Part shown: one piece after another, positions 37,467 to 51,151 of the stretch
How the letters are laid out: each line of letters begins with the position of its first letter
Numbering within the stretch: position 1 is the first letter of the stretch
Assembly: GCA_011109175.1 (NCBI GenBank)
Contig: RDEW01000007.1
Location: 433,712-497,711 of the forward strand
Reading direction: 5' to 3'
Origin: Dicyema japonicum
Taxonomy: Eukaryota; Animalia; Dicyemida
Length of the DNA: 64,000 nt
Notes under the pieces: model-generated
The model's database searches: none
What the model saw: the letters and a program-made list of their open reading frames with translations, nothing else
Told to the model about the DNA's origin: nothing
Made by a program: the position numbers and the translations under genes

Positions 37467-38422
37467 TCAAGCTGAATAAACTACCCCCACTCCGAATTTT
37501 GAAGCAGAATTCTCAGACAAATTCCCCAAACTCGACACCTTCAACGTGACGGTATCTAAAGTAATCTGACGTTCAAACCGTTGTATTTCTGAGTCCACAA
37601 AACCTGGAGGTCGCTTTTACTGTTCATAGACGCCTTCACGTTGGTTACCGGGGAGACGTCATAGCTTCCCCCAAACGAAAAAGTCCTCGAGGTTAGGTTT
37701 GCGACGACACCAACCTCTGTCTTGTTGTCGAGCCGTTGGTAGGCAGTGACCCCGAATTGGTTCTTGTTGTTACTGACCATATAACAAAAAGGTCACTAGT
37801 TGGCTGAAAACAGATAGGATCCCCCATCATAACTCATGATGGCTGAGTAATTCCGCAGGGCGTTCTCTGAAACGTCGTAGCGGAACGAAAACCCAGCAGA
37901 AAAGCACTTGTGGCCGAAAACCACAGAAGGGACAACCGACAAACCCAGGGATTTGCTCAGATTCGGGCACTGCATGGCCAGGGAAGAGTTGACACAACAT
38001 CTGGAGTACTTGGTAGTCAGTTGAGCTGACTTACTGGCTCTGAAATAAGAGGAAACTCACTCAGTAAGTCCCGACTGGTTATACATCCCACGGACTTCGA
38101 ATCCCTTCATATTTCGAGGCATCCACCGCAATTCGTGCTTGAAAACACTGGATGTGTTCAAACTCTGGATCAGTTCAGTATCTTGGGTAAAATGAGTCAG
38201 AGACCGTATTTGGGGAAGAAATTGGTCACCTCAACCTTCCCAGAGACAGAGGTCGAAGATTCGGCGTTAACCTTAACCACATTTGTGGGAGAGTTGACTT
38301 TTTTGCTTTCAAACGTGACCGCATTCACGTCTAAGCAGTTTATTAGCGTTAAATTGATTACTGAAGTCCTTGAATAGTAAATCGTTGGCCTTGGACTCCA
38401 ATTTGTCGAATTCACAAACCAT
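37467..38422 (-). CDS. VDAC: Mitochondrial porin (VDAC); 5 introns (31, 23, 21, 24, 23 nt)
   Basis: Spliced ORF MVCEFDKLESKANDLLFKDF...FGVTAYQRLD...FGGSYDV...VKASMNSKS...KFGVGVVYSA* follows the VDAC beta-barrel pattern. Confidence 0.85.
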
Positions 38423-39639
38423 GACGTGCAGACACTACGTTAACGATTGTTAATTCAAATTTTGTTAAATTTAGGTTTTCCATTAAAAATATTAATTACA
38501 TTATTTATTTATTAAATTGTTTCTCAGTTGTTTGAATAATTTACGGAATATAATTTTCCGTAAGATCGCCTGTATGCAACCTGCCTTACTGGAAAGCCTA
38601 GCCTTACTGATAGTAGTGCATAACCAGATAAGCGTCCGTTTTTAGTGTTATTTTCCTTCAAGTCACCGGTATTCTTCAGTTGAAGAGACTGGCGGGAAAC
38701 TAATGGATGATTTACGGACAGTGCAATTTTTGGTAGTGAAATGTGTATTAGTGAGTTATCGTTAAAAATTAAGTCAATAAATTTTTTTAATTATTTTTTG
38801 AAATGTTTTATTTTTTGAAAAATCTGATTTGAAATTGTTAAGGCTGCAACTACCTAGGAGAGGTTAGAGATCTCCCCACACGGACTCAGACTATAAAGTT
38901 CCTTTGGAGGGGGTTAAATTAACGACGTCAGCTAATGTGTCAGTTCCCTCCTGTTGGCGAAACTGTGGTTAATGACCTAACTTGAAACTGTGCACAATAC
39001 ATGACTAATAATCGCGGGGGACAAGGAGAAAGGGATTACTCGAAGAGACTCCGGATATTACTAGAAGATGGGGTCGCCTAATTAATTTAAGCAATGACAG
39101 TGAATCCTTTAAGGGACACTCTAATATAAAAGTAATCTTTTTGAGTCAAAATGGTCTCCCGGATAGTCACCAGTTAATATCTATAAGCATCTGAGAAATC
39201 ATCAATTCCACGTGGATCCTTTAGATTCCGCGTTGGTTAATCTTAAGATTTCAATTCCAAAGGTTGGTGGTTTTGTCAAATGAGTGGAAATTGGAATTAT
39301 CACTTATAGTTCCTCATGACAGGCCTTAGAGGGAGGCACATCAACCTCACAGGAGGTAATCTAGAAGTCCAAACACCCCCAATAGCAGTTAACTAACTAA
39401 TATTATCGGTTTTCCATCTCAGATAGAGCCACGGGGCTTGATCGTGGGGATAGAGGGGACTCAAAAAGATGACGACTTTCCGATTTTCACATGGGAGATC
39501 TCTAGCGTCAACCTGTTTATATCTAACACTATGTATTCCAGTCTTAATCGAATGGTTAACATAAATGAAACCAGAAGGTACCACAAGGTACTATGACCAT
39601 TGTCCAAGGAATATAACAATAGTCACACCCTAACCTACT

Positions 39640-40814
39640 TTGACCGTAACACAAAACAAAATTTGTTGAAAAAACAATGTATTAAGGTAATAAACAAGAA
39701 CCATTAATACCCACAGTAGCTCTCATGATTGAGAGCACAGATAAGGTTCTTATCTAATAGATGACCGCCACTTTTCTGCAACAAAATCAATATAAAATTT
39801 ACGAATTTCACTTAGAATCTTTGGCCCGAGATTTGAAAAAAAGATTTCCGGCTTGATAGATTTTAAATTTTCAGATTGCATGATTAACCAGTTCCGTATG
39901 ACTGACGAAGAAATTCAAGAAAAATTAATTGAATTGAAAAATTAACTCAAAATCAAATTCAAGAGTGAAACCCTTCACAGTTCTGGGAATGAAGATAAAA
40001 GTCCCGAAATTATGGGAAAAAATGACTCCGATCATTTTATGCTTTCCGTCTTCATATTGGGTAGAAAGAGGATTTAGCACTCTCAACAATGTCCCCGGTA
40101 AAAAACGAAACATAATAAATGTACAAGAGGAGATATAAGGATTACTCTTCCAAAAAAAGGCAAATTTAGAAGGAATCTTGTGAATACTCATCAACCAGAG
40201 GAATCTCATTAAAACTATGATTTTTTTAATATAAAATTAGGCTACAGGCTTCCCAGCACAGCTTGAACCAGTGGGTCTTGATCGAGGAGATGGGAAGAGA
40301 CCTGATGGGATGACCCTTTTCCCCTTCACGTCTGGAAGATCTTTGGTCTGGACGCAACTTGTGTAGACACGTTCTCAAGTACGAATATTTTCAAATTGGT
40401 TCAGACACCTGGAGCAGCTGCTTCGACTGCGGAGAACCTAAAAATCAAGAAATATTCTTGCCTCGGGGATCGCTACCGATTTACTCCTGTTGCGACTGAA
40501 TCATCGGGAGCCGTTGGTCCAATGACGGCTGAGTTCTTGCGAGAACTCGGAGGATTGCTTGCCAGAAAAAAAGGGATCAACGAGAAGGTTATGGCTAAAA
40601 CAAAAGATTGGAATAGCATACTCCGAGGGAACTCGTTCGCAATCCACGCAGCAGGCTTCCTCAACTGACATTTGTTTAATTGTTAAAAAAAATTATTTTG
40701 TTTAAAAAAAATTATTTCTTATTAATTTCTGTACGTGGTAATAACTTTTTGACTTGTGAAATAAAAGGCGATAAAAATTTGCGGGGGCGATTAAAAAAAG
40801 GTTGAGAACCACTG
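39640..40814 (+). mobile_element. hAT transposon right end (SCAND3/ZBED-like C-terminus plus TIR), interrupted by a CRE fragment
   Basis: FPSSYWVERGFS...KKRN; terminal ggttgagaaccactg at ~40800-40814. Confidence 0.75.
40240..40670 (+). mobile_element. CRE-like RLE 3' fragment nested in the hAT
   Basis: [45 protein letters not shown]. Confidence 0.85.
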
Positions 40815-41044
40815 AGCTAGTCTATTATTTCTGTACGAGTCAATTACGTGCACTTTGAGTCGGCCAACACAATCCGAGTACTCGTGGCATTCTCTATGGC
40901 ATATTTAGTCCTTCCGATCTTCTTAGCACGTGACAAATGATCTCCTTTAAGAAGAGGTCGAACTAAAAATATTCCCGACAAAACCACCATCCAAAAACTG
41001 AAGGACTCGACATACAAGTCATCCAGCCGTATTATTATTTTATT

Positions 41045-42750
41045 ATTTTAAGCCAAAGAAACACCGTCTTAACCAATAACTAATATTCAGGTGATCCCGG
41101 CATCTCTCAATAATCGGGCCATTTTTTCTCGATGCTCCGACTGTGATCCCACGCATTTTCTATACGGAGGGGGTCTTTTTCCTTTCCTCTTCTGAAATTG
41201 CCTCCAGTTGCCTCTATGATAGACTCGAGTGCTCTGGGGGCAATTTCTTTATCTGTATATTTTTCTAGTAATTTTTTTGCTCTTGACTGGATCTCTTGAA
41301 TTTTTGTTAGGTCCGTTGCCGACAGGTTAGATCCCCATGCAGCACATGCATAGCCTATTGTTGGCTCTACATACTGCTTGTAGAGGGTCCCGATACCTGG
41401 CGGATAAATTCCTCCACAGTTCCAAAGGAAGGCCTTTACAAAATTGATCTTCTTTGCAAAGGTTGATATGATAGATTCCACATGGGCTGAGAAGCAGAGG
41501 AAAGTATCAAAAGTTACTCCCAGTATCTTCTGCGATTTCTTTTGTGGTATAGGTACTCCATTTAACGTGACATAAAATGTTTGCGTTTCCATCTTTCTAT
41601 TCTTAGTAAATAGAGTGACTGTTGACTTTTCGGAACATGCATTTCGATTTTCGCACAACCATCCAAATATGTTATTTAGTATTTTTTGTAATCTTTATTT
41701 AGCATGTTCGACATTTACGTCTCTAGATGCGACAACTATGTCATCGGCATAAGAAAGTAGCATGTCATTATTATTTATTGTTACGGGGAGATCACTCAAA
41801 AACAAATTAAAAAGGATTGGTGACAGAAGAGATCCTTGGGGTACACCATTGGGTAATAATCCCGATCTGGAACTCTTGTATCCGACGGACACTTTCCCTC
41901 GGCGTCCACTTACGAAATTTGCTAACCATAACTTTAATGTTGCATCAATTTTTGTCAAAAATATTTTTCGTATGAGGATCTTCCTTGGAACAGAGTCGAA
42001 AGCTTTTTGAATGTCGATCGTACATATGACCGATTTTTCCTGTTTTGGCTTGTTCTTGTGTCCTTCAGTTATGAACTTCATTAATGTTGTTAGGAAGGAG
42101 GTTGTTGATAATCCTTCCTTGAAGCCATGTTGTATTAGAGCGACTGCATCCCAATGAATATATAAAAAGCACGTGCAAATCAAATTTTAGTATAATTGCC
42201 TTGATAAAGTATTTTTTCGATGGACTGATTGTCCTCGGTTTCCTGACATGTCTGAGTAAATAATGGTGGATATTTTTAAGAAAATAGTTTAATTTTTGCT
42301 TAAAACCCCTATGTTCAGCTTTAGTTGAGTGACTACAGTCTCCACAAGTTCTTTCCAAATAGCTTTGAGCGGGGAAAGACGATGGCGAGGTGCATATTGT
42401 TTTTCTTGTGCTAATTTTTCTGAATTTGTTTCTTTGCAAGAGGGAATACTAGGCGTAAAAGAGGCATGTGGTGCCTCTCTCTTACTATAAATTGGGGGTG
42501 ATGTAAAACCGACGTATTATTGAGATTCTCTAAACAGCTTCTATGGGAAACGCTACACGTGCTAATCTTTGAATACCTCACGGCACACCAGCGAGATTTC
42601 CTCAAAACGGCCAAGTCGCATGAACCTTCCCTTGGGCCGGAAGTCAGATTATATCTGAAGCTGCTCAAGGCACGAGGAGAACCTTCCCCTTTGTGGAGAC
42701 TAATCCAGGATTTCAAAGCCAACCGTAAGGGAAAACTTGGTATGAACACC
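41045..42750 (-). mobile_element. Jockey/I-like LINE ORF2 (RT), the best-preserved copy, with hairpin tail
   Basis: HGFKEGLSTT, IDIQKAFDSV, GVPQGSLLSPILFNLFLSDLP, YADDI, KILGVTFD, LYKQYVEPTIGYACAAWG. Confidence 0.9.
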
Positions 42751-43339
42751 GAGCCAGCTAAATAATAGTGGATTCAAAATAGACCCCCAGTGGAACTCAT
42801 CTTCCAATATAATTTTCTTCGATATTCGACTTCCAACCTGCACGAACAATTTTCCAGCAAAAATCCTCTTTAGAAGACCACCATACAGAACACTATCGAG
42901 AGCCTTCGAAATATTGATTATCACGAGATCACTCGGTGAACATTCCATTGAGACTAGGTCCCTCTGCTGGAACATGTACTTCGCTTCATTAAAAAAGATT
43001 GCTATGCAAAGAGCGAGGATTTTTGAGGAAATGTGGAAGCGTTAGATTGAATCAACCATTGGAAAGGGTCCTGTTTTTGCAGTTCGGAAATCCCTTCAGT
43101 AGAATGAGGGAGAGCGAATGATCTTTTGTGACACAATGACACCAGGTTGACCTGAGTCATGTAGAAACATGTCGTCATCAAATTAGAACAAGAAAAAAGG
43201 GCGAACAGGTGAAAGGAGGAGAAACCTTCGACCAAGTCATCATTGGGGAATCGAAATCATGGACACGACACCCTAACCGCCAATCTACCTGATCTTTGAA
43301 CACCCTTATAGGAAGAATCATTTTTATTATAATTGTGCA

Positions 43340-43520
43340 CGTGGCGTAATGTAATAAGTGCCAGACTAAATCCTGATGGTTCCACGTTCGAATTTCGCTG
43401 CTGTCCATTCCAGTTGAAGGTTCCACGCATCTACGCTGCTCCTGGGACTGACGAATGACGTCATGATTCACCACTGCGTCTTGGATTATTTAGCATGACT
43501 GTTCTTAAATAAAGTGAGTT
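43340..43520 (+). mobile_element. tRNA-derived SINE copy (related subfamily)
   Basis: tggcgtaatgtaa (A box-like), gttcgaatt (B box), ggttccacgcatctacg body, ctgttcttaaataaagtg tail. Confidence 0.65.
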
Positions 43521-43959
43521 CTGAGGTGTTAATGGAAGCTTAGAGGCGAGTTCTGGAGAGATTCCTAATAAGTCGAGGATTTGATTTAAGACGGACTAGA
43601 TTTTAACAAACTTAATCTTACCAGGCCAAGATGAGGTCACTGCTGCTATGTGTGGGATCACGTGATTATTTAGTTTTACCGTGGTTTTTCATCTACCGCT
43701 CGTCTGACGCTTAGTATTTGCGACACAATTTTCAATGAGCACACCCACTCGTAGCTTATTGAATAATCTAGCAAATAATCCCCCGTAAGCTCTTCAAGGC
43801 AGACATGCTCATCCTCCTCCAAATTTTGTGCAAGACAAGATTCGAACCCAGAACATAGTGTATCCAGCCTTTCTCGTTGAAGCTTCATCTATCACACGTC
43901 TCCTGAATGCGCCACTCATCCATCCTCACAAGAAATGAAGTGAAACGAAAGGTTGCATC

Positions 43960-44330
43960 CATTTGAGGAGATTAAGAGATTCGTGTGACGTGACGGGAAG
44001 ACCATTTTCCCATTTGAAGCCGGGTAACCTCCTGCTTGGGACGTCACTGGCACCGACACATTCGCCTATTAGAACCTACTCAGAGTGCCTCTGGAGCCTG
44101 TTCTTCCGCTGAGAAGGCCGAGAGGTCAAGGCTAGCAAAGTACTGGGTCCTACCTGATGATTTTCTCTTTGTTGCACTTGAGGCTAAAACTTCCGGTTCC
44201 CTTACACCTGCGAATTCCTTGCTAGGGAATCGGTTTTCTACACAAACAGGAGGTCTACGTGAGTGCTGCTGGGTATTTGAGCGAATCTGGCTCGCCATCC
44301 TGAGAGGGATTAGCCACGCAGTCTGACCCT
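43960..44330 (+). mobile_element. CRE-like RLE 3' fragment
   Basis: AEKAERSRLAKY...FVALEAKTSG...ERIWLAILRG. Confidence 0.7.
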
Positions 44331-46317
44331 CCGCTGACTGTTTTTTTAATAAACCAGAACAAAGAGTATTTGTCATAATTATGATTAATTGTCAGCAATT
44401 TAAATAATCTCACAAATCAATAAACTGTCTTATATTTTTGACCGAAGCACTTGGAGCATCAAAGAACATCACAGTACTTTGGGAATTCTAAACTTGGAAG
44501 TCACATCAACAAATGTCAACAATTTTGTGATTAAACGACAGTCTGCTAAAATATTTTGTCGACGCCAACTCACGCAGTAAGAACATTCGAGAATTCGCTA
44601 ATTTCCTTGTTGCACTTTCTTTAGTATTGTCTCTACCGTACTCCCAGTCTGTCTACTTTTTTGTTGGAAGGAAGAATCTAGTAGAAGGAATAGTAGAGAG
44701 TGCGACACAGTATTCACATGCTAATGGTGAACGCGGAAGTGCTTGAAAAAATAATTTCCTGGTTCCTTTCGAAACGGAAGTATCAAGGTCTTCCAATTTG
44801 GGTCAGTTGAGGTTCTAAACGCGGCATCCGATCCTTCCTTGTACCTTTAAAGTTCGAAGAGGAACAAGAGACTGCTAAGTCATCAGCTCAACTAGCTGAC
44901 CAATTAACCACTGGGGGGTCCACATTAATCGAATTAATTACCACGGTGAATCGATTTTTCGAGAATGTAAACATAGGACTGAATACATAAACGAAGACAT
45001 CAGGTTCCAGCCGTCGGAGACAATGGGCATTGGGGATAATGACCAATTCCAGGAACTGTTGAAACCATCTCCCTTCGTGAGAGATTTTCAACTCAGACTA
45101 AATTGGAGGTTTCCTTAATATTTAACCCACTTTCAACACCCTCTCCTGTTCCTGTGTATTTATTTAATTCCCTCAGGATCAATCGATTAAAGAAGAAAAG
45201 TATCCTCAGCCAACTAAGTGATCCCGAGGCAATAATGGGAGGCCGATAAGTGAATTAATCAAATTTGAGCAAAAACGACGTTTCATTAAAAATCAAATAA
45301 AATATTCCTAATCGATAACTTTGAGAGTTCTCTGAACCTTTAATTTGATGCAGATTGGCAGTAGTAGTCTAGACAGGCATAAACGAATCAATAATAACTG
45401 TGTTTTGCTGAAAAGGTTGGACATCTCCCAGAAACGTGAAAGTGAGACGCCACCCCGAAACCTCATCAGGAAACTCTCGAATTATTATTGATGCCAGAGA
45501 ATGCGCCAATCGAACACGTGGAATTTTGTACACACGAAAGTGATAGCACAATTAATATGTCAATAAAATATGAATCAATGATACCATAATAATCTGTACG
45601 ACAGGGCAAACCCCCTAAAATTTGGAGGAATAGGTCAGAATCTATGGAGAAATCAGTTTTTTTCAGTCAATGATGGTCATTCTCAGAATTGAAAAAGCAT
45701 TTCCTTTGACGATTCGTAGTACGCTCAATAAACCGACTTTTTTCTTGTTCATCCTTTAATCAATAGTCCTAGCCCACAAGCGGACGATCAGGTCCGTCGG
45801 ATCAGCTCAATGATAAGAGAAAACAGCCTGACCATTTAAGTTTTCTAGATACCCCAGGATCATATGGTTAGAAGGAAAAGAGAAAAATCCAGCTAAGTGA
45901 TCCCAGACCGATAGAGGATGGTATTTGTTCATGGATTCATTAAGAGACTGTTATGCAGAGTAGCTGCCCTCACAATCTTCTGTCATCGTCCAATCAGAAC
46001 TGCTTCCAGAAAGGGGAACATAGTCTCAGCCAATTACTCTTCTGGCAGCTCCCTGAATTGGGGACAGTTTGAAGAGAGAGGAGCAGAGATTAACTACTAG
46101 TCCCCAGGTTAACTATTAAATTAAAAAATACTAAACAAATTACAAACAGGAAGTCGTACAGAGATATGTCTAATTAACTCAATTTCCTATTATACTAATA
46201 ATCAATAGTAATAAAAGAACTGTCTACATCCTCGTTTCCAGTCAAACTAACCACAAATCAATAAACCCCCCATAAGCTTACAAAATGTCCATAAAAACGA
46301 AAACCGAATCAAACTAA

Positions 46318-46753
46318 CTAAATCTTCTCACCCCTGATTCTGCGGGCGAGCTGAATATCAGAGACCATGATCGTTACTCGCTTAGCGTGGATAGCGCACA
46401 TGTTGGTATCCTCAAACAGACTCACCAAAAAAGCCTCACAGGCTTCCTAAAATAGATCATAAAGGGATTACTTGAAGGGCCCCAATCGCTGTGCTTTGGA
46501 AACGAAGATCTGTCTTATAGTGCTGGGCTGTCTCTCTTACAAGTCGTTGGAATGGTAATTTCCTGATTAGCAGGTCGGTGCTTTTCTGGTAACGCCTAAT
46601 TTCCTTCATTGCAAGAGCTCCCGGTCGGTAACGACGGATCCTTTTGAGACCAGCAGAGGATGTGGCACTCTTACGAGCAGTTTTTACAGAGAGTTGTTTC
46701 CTTGGTACTTTGGCTCCCGAAGACTTTCTTGCTGTATGCTTTGTTCTTGCCAT
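46318..46753 (-). CDS. H3: Divergent histone H3 (H3.3-like variant); one 25-nt intron at 46447-46471
   Basis: [21 protein letters not shown]...[33 protein letters not shown]...[11 protein letters not shown]|[42 protein letters not shown]. Confidence 0.95.
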
Positions 46754-48698
46754 TATTAATCTAAAGAATTACAAACAAATATTATAAATAGATAGAGAAA
46801 GAAACCAAACTGTAAAAGATTATGTGACACATAAACGAAGTGCGGAAATCCTATTATTAAGGTTAGCCAGCAAAAATAATAAAAATAAATTATTGCTAAC
46901 AAAATTATAATTTAAATTAAATAATAAAGGTTAATATAAAATTCTCAATTTACTACGGTCATTCCTAAACATATACGAACAGGGGAAGGAAGGACGCATG
47001 TGAGTTTTCACATCAAAGATTCTCCCAAGGAGAATTGGAAGATCGTCATTTTATCTGTCTTTTTTCCATCCCGACGATCTAAGTTGACAAGTTTCTTTTT
47101 GAATGACTCCACCTTTTTCCAAGTTTGACTAACTGAGATGGTTTGCTGAGACAGATATCATTCAGCACTGCGTCACTTTGACCTCCAATTATGACATTAT
47201 CCGAATACCCCAAAATAAAGGGAGAGTGACAAAAAGATGTTATCAGCTCTCATGGTAGACCTCAGTCCTTGTGCTTACGTTACTTCAGAAACGGATGATT
47301 TCCAGCATTTTCTAGAAGGACTCGACTCATGAACAGCTGTTTTTGAACGGACACTTAATTGACATTTGTAAGAGAAATGTTCATTAATTTTTAAGTGGAA
47401 GTGATTTCGATAACTATTTGACTGATTCCACCAAATTCTCTTGACGACGGGATAAATGGTATCGACTAGATTTCTTTGTCTTTACTGAATCTTTTGAAAT
47501 GAAGTCTTTGACGTGAAACCGCCGAAGGCCATCAACCTCACTACTGTTGTAGTCAAAAGCTCTAATGGTGGAGTCGATTTGATTTTGATTAGAGAAGAGA
47601 GGGTTTTATGTGGTTGTCCAAGGACTATGGTGGTGAAAAGAAAGAGGATCATCAACGGATGTTTATTTGCTGACATGGGAGACTCTTTGGTGGTAGATAT
47701 GGACTGTGAAACTTCCAGGTGATCAAAGACCCAGCTCGGGCAATGTTATATAGAAGTGCTAGGGGGTAGTCGCAGTTAATTAATCAGAGCATAAAGAGTA
47801 GTTGATGCCGAGTTTGCGGGAGTTCAGTTCCGCACACAAGATTCTATTTCGTTGGAACGGGAGGTAATCTTCCTGGGTTTGCAGTCAAAAAATCTGACTA
47901 TCTTCAATTTTTTTCTGATTTCTTAACGCAATACCGACTAAACTACACGTTTTTTGTAAGTGACTTCATATTATCCATATTTATTGGGAGATACTACTGA
48001 AATCAGTCTTGAAGTGTCCAATATATGCTGAAGCACTGTTTCTCCACATTCAACAAATTGGCATTGCTAAATCACTGTTCATAAGAATACCCCCCCACTA
48101 TAAAAGTTCTGCATATTTGTCCACAAAAGAATTGACCCCCTAGAATAACGAATTTGGAGATCAGCCTAGATTTCTCAAAATCTAAAAATCTGAATATTCA
48201 TATCTTCAAGATTTTATCTCCCCCAGAAAGAGTTAGTGACGACGCGTTAACTCCGGCAGCTAAAAAACGTAAAGATGTGCTTTTCATCTGATGTGATAAC
48301 CTATGCTTATATATCCTGATGGTCCAAGGGAAGCGAATAATTCTTCTCTTCCACAAAGAGATTGATGACGCCCACACCGGCGAAACCAACTCTGGTTATC
48401 CTTGGAAGCGATGATTCAAAGGCATTGATCTTTGAGGCCTGCCCCCGATATCCTGTCCCAATTTTCAGAGTTATTTAATTGTGACTTTTTAAGCCAGTTT
48501 CTGGAAGACAAGTGCATTTTCACCCTACCTCAGTTAACATTGACAGTTCTTCAAGTGAATTAAGGAAGAAAACGATCCGCTTTGAATACCGCCCAGGCGT
48601 CTCCTGAGACAGGTGGATCGCACGGCACACCTTAGTATTGGAAAAAGCCACAGGCAGAAATTAATAAAAACCAAAAAATCAAAAAACTTTATTAGAAG

Positions 48699-51151
48699 TT
48701 AAAATAGATTATCTGCAAACAACTCCAAATCAGGATTTTTTATATTATCACTTAAATCACTAATTTCAGAAATATTAGCAACCCTAACGATAACCAAGCC
48801 AAATAAACCTCACAACAAAGTCCTTAGACTCGTTTACCTGATATTCACGAATAGCACTAGCAGCCATCACTTCAGTCCAAAGTTGGGCATATCCCGTCCC
48901 AGGTCTTGTACTTGTTATCAAATCCGGCCGATTTAGAATCCTAAAGTCATCCTTTTGACGTCCAAAGGGGAGAAATTCATCCCAAATGGATTTCTGAACC
49001 AATTCCCAGTGTTTCGTTCTAAATCGGCATAGAAAGCTACGATTTGTGCAATTCCAAGTCCAGCATCCCAAAATAAGCCATCCACAAGAAATCAAGGGAC
49101 TTCAAAAAATTTTTGGCTACAATAAAATATAAATCTACCGTCTAAGATCCTCTTAGCCCTTGTGACCTCAGTCAAGGTCCCCAGTCGTATTAGATTTTTG
49201 GGAAGCAGGCAAAAGTTGGTCAGAAACTGTGGGACGAAGGTCTCCAAGTCAGGAATGTTGTTTCCTACTCCCGCAATTCCGTGATATTTCCGGGCTTTTA
49301 GGACATTGTAGAACATTGTGGAAAACTGAAAGAATAAAAACAGCAAACCTGAAAGCAGGCATCTTCCAGGAAGTCAAAGGGAACCACAGTATCCCTTGTC
49401 TTAGGGTCGGGACACAGGTTAAGAGAAATATAAAACACGGGTTTGACATTCATTACTTCACTTCCCCCTCGAATTTGGTAGCACAGACTGTTTGTGGAAG
49501 ACTTCTTCATTTCATGCCTAAATGGGTCCAGATAAAATGTCCCAATCGTTTGGTCTAGAGACTAAGTCTAGGAACTACCGGTTTCGGCTCGAATAATGTC
49601 AAAACACCTCACATTCACGTGCCAGGGAGAAACATCCGTCCTTTCAGTGAACTTTACTCCGAATGTGTCTTCGAATAGTCCGAAAAGTCCATCGATGACG
49701 TTTTCGAACGGGAAAAAGCTCGCCAGTTGGTCGTAGTTCAAACTGGCTATAAATAACAGTCGAAACCCGCAGGACTTCTCCTCATAGAGTCGTCTCCAGT
49801 AGGGGACGTCATACTCCTCCATCACAAAACGGAATCCGTTCTTCTGAGAAAACTCCTGCAGAGTCTCCAACTGTCCGATTATCCTGGAACTGAGCTTGTC
49901 TCGTATACTAAGCATAAGCCAAAGTGTCAACTTATAGAGGAAGTCCTCAGCCGCCTTGACAGATCCCACCACTGTGCCTTTGAGAGACATGTCGGCTGCA
50001 TTTTCATAGCCCATAAGGGAGGCCATTCGATAGCTGGGCAATGTCAAGTTATAAGCAAACCACTGATGTCGCACGGTTCCGATGGTTATTGCATTACTGC
50101 TGTGGTAATGTCCCCCACCAGTAACCCCTATCATCAAGTAAGCTTGCCAGAGGTTCCACCGAAAGTTTCTGGGAGAACAATACTGTAACACGTGGTCTAC
50201 CAGATTTGTTTCAAGCCGAATTCTCACTCGAGTGTTGACGTCGAAGCTATTTTGCTGAAAAATGAATACTTTTTTCCAAAATAGTAAACTCCGAGGTAAT
50301 TTGGAAGATTTTTCAGCATCGTGGGGTCACTGGCGGATATATTCACGTTATCAAGGTTATCCTTAATAAAGTTGCTGTAAAATAATATTAAAGAAAACCA
50401 GTATTTCCTAACACTGGTCTCTAGCTCGTCGCTGTAGAGGAAAAAGTCTTGTTTTTTGTTATCGTCCGGAATTTCCGCTCCATTTCTGTGGTAAAAATCG
50501 ACCATTTTTCTAGTCAGCGCAGAAATGGCGGGATTTAGAGACTCTGCAAATTCTCCCCCTTTCTAAAATATCGGAAAAGGAGACTTTAAAGTAAGCATTT
50601 AAAGACTGCGATCTTTTTATCGACTTGATTAAATAATTCCAGTTTTTGTAGGCCTAAATGCCGTATAAATAGAACTTTGTAAAAGTAAACGCTGATTTCC
50701 TGGTCAGGCTTCAGTAGTGTGCACAAATGAGCATTGCTTAACACGTAGTCCAAGGGAACTCCGATTAATTCGAGCTCTTCTATCAGGGAAATGTATTGCT
50801 GGGCAGTTTTGACATCTAATAATTAATATTATATTAAAAATTTGCATTAAATAACAAATTAGCATTAATTTAAAAAAAACCGCCAAATTTTTTATAAATA
50901 TTATCCAAGTATATTTCTGACACGAAGCAGGCCTTGTTTATGGCTGTGTACACTTTGTGGCTCTTAATTCCCGTGAATGAGGGCAGTTGGTCGTAGCAGA
51001 GAAATGGGTTGTTGTTTGGTCGGTCGTCGGTTATTTTGGGAACTCTGCATGAAATTTATTAAAGTAGTCACACTATGAAGCTTCCAGATGAAGCACGTGC
51101 GCACAAGTTCATATTCATTAAATACCGACAGGAATTGGTGCACTTGTACAT
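48699..51151 (-). CDS. M3A oligopeptidase-A-like protein lacking HExxH, probably mitochondrial; ~14 introns (22-37 nt, one ~65 nt)
   Basis: NPFLCYDQLPSF, MASLMGYENAADMS, DVPYWRR, SFFPFENVIDGLFGLFEDTFGVKF, WHVNVRCFDI, GTFYLDPF, YAQLWTEVMAA. The HExxH position reads ACFQFSTMF. Confidence 0.85.

Noticed and set aside
44400-45100. Possible Ty3/gypsy gag-protease remnant on the minus strand
   Set aside because: I could not find a convincing D(S/T)G motif, RT or LTRs; too degraded to support.
49229-49558. Many short ORFs in the supplied track, such as this one and 56702-56962, 58203-58421, 58360-58611
   Set aside because: They are antisense or off-frame shadows of spliced genes or TE fragments.
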